This document shows, one piece after another, positions 59,846 through 64,000 of a stretch of DNA of 64,000 nucleotides. The DNA is taken from the NCBI RefSeq assembly GCF_009914755.1, contig NC_060939.1; one strand, given 5' to 3'. The position numbers and the translations under genes are program-made. How positions within the stretch are numbered: the stretch's first letter is position 1; each line of letters begins with the position of its first letter. A model generated the notes under the pieces. That model ran no database searches and was not told the origin of the DNA. It saw only the letters and a list, made by a program, of their open reading frames with translations. The DNA is from the human T2T-CHM13v2.0 reference genome, Homo sapiens.

Positions 59846-60817
59846 CAAATTATTTTTAACAGAATTTTTTTCTCACATTTATTATTTTTTTAGATTGGTA
59901 GATCTTGCTACCATGGCAGTTAAGCACTTTTAACTTTCTCACATTGTGTTTTTGTATTATTTTCTCCAAATGGTTTCTTTGTCTCTATTCTTTTTCCTTC
60001 TTAGGACGTGACTGTGAGAGAAATCTTTCTGGAATATTTGCTGCCTTTAACACCCCCTCACCCCCCATTTTTCTTTCAGTATATACCACATAAGACTGTC
60101 TTTTTTTTTTTCTTCGTCGCCTACACAGGTTCAAGTATGAATCTTTTGGCTTGCCATTAATATTCGGCATAAGCTCATCTCTGCCATCTTTATTTACTCA
60201 GTTATGGAACAACTTCCTAATGCTAGATGGGCCTTGTGTGAAGTTTCAAAAAGACAGTTTTTGCTTTGCATAAGCCTCAGGTGGTGAAGAGAAACATGTA
60301 CAGCGCAGTGCACATAATTGCACATCTCTCTGACTTTGTCACACGTTTGGACCCAAGCAACACGTTTGGGTTTGGGTTTACCGTGAGTGTAAGCAGACCT
60401 CTTGCTTCTCCTCCCTTCTCCACCTCCAGACTCTTCCATCTTTCTTGTTCTTAGCACCCTCTTTCTCCTATACCCTGTAGTCCTTCGATGCCTGCGACTT
60501 GCTTGCTATGTAACATGTTCCTTCTATCAACAATGATCTCTTTACACGTATCTCTTTTTTCCCCACACCTAACTGTGTCTCCTCTTAACTTCAAGGTCAG
60601 GATATAGAGGAAAGAATACAGACTTAGGAATCCTACTTGGATTTGAATTCCCGCTTGACCCCTTCTAGCTTTTTAAAGGCAAGATTTAAAAAATACTCTC
60701 GGCTACAGCTTTCTCATCTCTAAAATGGAGATAAAGATACCTTGCAGTATTTGCAAAGCACCTCAGTCAGCCCCTCACCTGCAGTAGGCATTCAGAAAAT
60801 GCAGTAGTATGTGCTGA

Positions 60818-61333
<516 letters not shown>

Positions 61334-61429
61334 TGATAGGGCTTCCCACAACCCCAGCCCTTAATTTATTTTAAAGCCTTTTTACAGTTTTTTGTGGGAA
61401 GCCTTGGAGGTTTTACAATTTTTTATTTT

Positions 61430-62650
61430 TATGTTTTTAAAACTTTTAATGTGGACATAATTCCAAAATATTAAAAATATTAAAAAATAATTTTATAAAG
61501 AGTTTTCCAAAAGTAGTACAAAGAATACTCATATATTCTTTACTCAGGGCAACACCTGTTGTTAACATCTTACGCCATTTGCTGTATCATTTTCACTCTA
61601 GCGATTTACCTGTAGGCCGACAATTTTTTTCCTTAATTATCTGTCAGTAAGTTACATGTATCCTGGCTGTTTATTTCAAAAATGCTTCAGTATGTATTTC
61701 CTAAAATAGGGATATTCTCCTTTGTAATCACAGCAGGGTAGATACTGCTCTTTAGTTGTCATGTCTCTTAGCCTTCTTTAATGTGGAACACGTCCACACC
61801 CTTTCTTTATCTTCTGTCTTTTCCGATTTTGAAGAATACAGTGCCCTCTCCTCTTGCTTAATAGACTGTTTCTCATTGTCCGACGTTTCCTTGTGATTAG
61901 GTTGAGGGCTTGCATGCTTGGTCAGAGCACTGCATAGGTAACCTTGTGTCTTTCTCAGTGTGTGACTCTGGAGACACATCTGTCATCTGTCTTTATTGAG
62001 ATCTTTATTTTGATTAACCTGTTCAGTGTATTGGCAGATTTCGCTGAATGAATTCTCCTTTTTTTTTCTTTCTTATAACTAATAAGCAGTCTTTGGGGAG
62101 ACACTTAAAGACTGTGTAATATGTATGCTGTTCCTCATCAGAATCTCCCTCTGGATTGAGCATTCATTGATAACTTTTTGCCAGAGTGAATCTTTACCAT
62201 ATGTTTGCGCAGTGATAATTTTACTATTCCAGCAATCTCCCCTCTTTAAGCAGTCAGCCCGTCATTCTGTGATACTCATAGGAACTCCCTTCTCTGCTGT
62301 ATAATTTATCTACTGTTATTAATATGGACTCATGACTTCCTATTTGTTAAAAAAATTGTTTATAATTTATTGCTGTTCTTGATTGTGTAGTCTTTAAATT
62401 GTCCCAGGTTTGTACAGAGGAAGCCACTTGAGTCTGGCTTCTGTGTCCTTAAGACATGGCCCCATCGTTTTTTTGAGCACTTCATTGTTTTCTGTCAAAA
62501 CAAGATATTACAGTCTCATCTTATAGATACTCTGACCCAGGCCTGGAATCAGCCAAGTCTCTGAAGGGACTCGGTTCTTTTTATTGGAGAATGGTATTAG
62601 TGACCAATGCCTGTACACTAGATAATATTCATTGCTACTGAGTGTTCCTC
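61430..62650 (-). mobile_element. L1MC-like 3' region
   Basis: TTCAGTATGTATTTCCTAAAATAGGGATATTCTC; CCCAGGCCTGGAATCAGCCAAGTCTC...GGAGAATGGTATTAG. Confidence 0.75.
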
Positions 62651-63219
62651 TGTTGTGTAAGCCTTTAATGAAATTGAACACTGGCTGCCATGAGTTGCCA
62701 AGTTAAAATGCCATGACTTTGCCTTTTAGCCTATGGAAAAGTTGTAGCTACCTGTCAGTGTTTGGTTGTTTTAGCAGAGTAACTGGGCAAAGTGTTATCA
62801 ATTGCCTATCAATTGTATGTTTAAAGGAGAGAACGAAGATAGTTATGTGAATACAAGCAGTGTTGGTTAATGAGATTTTGAGGGGTTTTTTTTTTTTGGT
62901 ACTGTAATAATTGCCACCTCATGGAAAGGTAATACCCTGTAATAACACTCAGTTTTTATTTAGTTTACTTAACTCTCTTGTTTCACTTTTCCCAAATTTG
63001 CAGTGGGTATAAATCCTGTCATTTTGTCAGACTGGGAAATAAATTTGGGAAGGCCTGTGAAACTTTTAAGATTCTGGATTGAAAGGTAGTTTTTGTTATA
63101 ATTTCACAATTCTTGGAGCCTACAAGAATGTCTTTACATAAAATATGTGACTGCAAGATATAAAAAATAAACTCAGGAATCTAAATTTTATACCTTTTAA
63201 CTTCAAATATTTGATTATA

Positions 63220-63960
63220 AATTATTTGAGCAGATATTTCTTGGAAACTATTCTGAAATAATTTCAAGTTTATAGAAAAGCTGTAAGGATAGAACAGATA
63301 TTACATCTTATAAACTTTATGCCCCTATTTTCCAACTGTTGACATTTTGCCATATTTGCTTAATCATTCTGTCTCTTATCATTTCTTTCCTGAACCATTG
63401 GAGAGTAAATTGTAGGTCTCACGTCCCTTTACTCCAAACGCTTTGTTGTGTGGTTTCTGAGAACAAAGGTGTTCTTTCATAACCACGGCACAATACCAAA
63501 ACCAGGAATTTTAACATTGGTTCCATGTTAATCTGTAAACCTCATTCAGATTTTGCAAGTTGTCCCGATAATATCCTTAATAGCAGCTTGTTTTTATTAA
63601 GTATTCACTCCAAAATCATGTGTTGTGTTTAGTTGGCAAATCTTTTTAGTCTTCTTTACTCTGGAACAGGACCTCAATCTTTGTCTTTTGTTAATGACAT
63701 TTTCTGAAGAGTTACAGACCATTTTTTTACATAGATGCCCCTTCAATTCAAGTTTGTCTGATGTTTTCTCATGACTAGATTGAAGTTATGCATTTTTGTT
63801 AGGAACACTGTAAGTGATGCTGTGTCCTTAGTGCATGCTATGTGAAATGTGATGTTAGCTTATTTCTCTATGGTTATTTTTCCTTTTTTTTTTAAATCAT
63901 TTGATTCAGGTGTTATCTGCCAAAGTTCTGCTTTCCCCTTTGTTATTTATAAGCCTTAAG
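63220..63960 (-). mobile_element. L1MC-like 3' end
   Basis: TTCTGAAATAATTTCAAGTTTATAGAAAAGCTG...GACATTTTGCCATATTTGC...TTTGTCTGATGTTTTCTCATGACTAGATT. Confidence 0.75.
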
Positions 63961-64000
63961 TGAGCATTTCTCCAACATCTTTGTTGTGTTTTTAACAACT

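Overview
Human-like primate genomic DNA with no supportable protein-coding exon. Human-specific Alu subfamilies are present (AluYa5 at 10796, AluYb9 at 31398). The window is rich in interspersed repeats: about 20 Alu/FLAM/FRAM copies, an old L1PA15-17-class 5' end, a 5'-truncated L1PA3-like copy, L1M fragments, L2, MIR, two MLT1 LTRs and MER DNA transposons. An apparent T/G-rich + strand and mostly antisense L1s suggest a long intron of a gene transcribed on the + strand; I could not identify the gene. The listed ORFs are repeat-derived or chance. Highlights: (1) a 316-bp, 99% identical inverted duplication of mostly unique sequence around a 673-bp spacer (40935-42239); (2) a 52-nt double-hairpin RNA-like sequence retroposed with a poly(A) tail and TSD (4543-4594), probably LTR-derived, whose TSD was re-used by an AluY; (3) an AluYb9/AluS chimera with no TSD of its own; (4) a 166-bp Alu-mediated tandem duplication; (5) a convergent pair of strong CTCF motifs (34174+, 53313-). 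All repeat names were assigned by eye from remembered consensus sequences, and the boundaries of old repeats are approximate.
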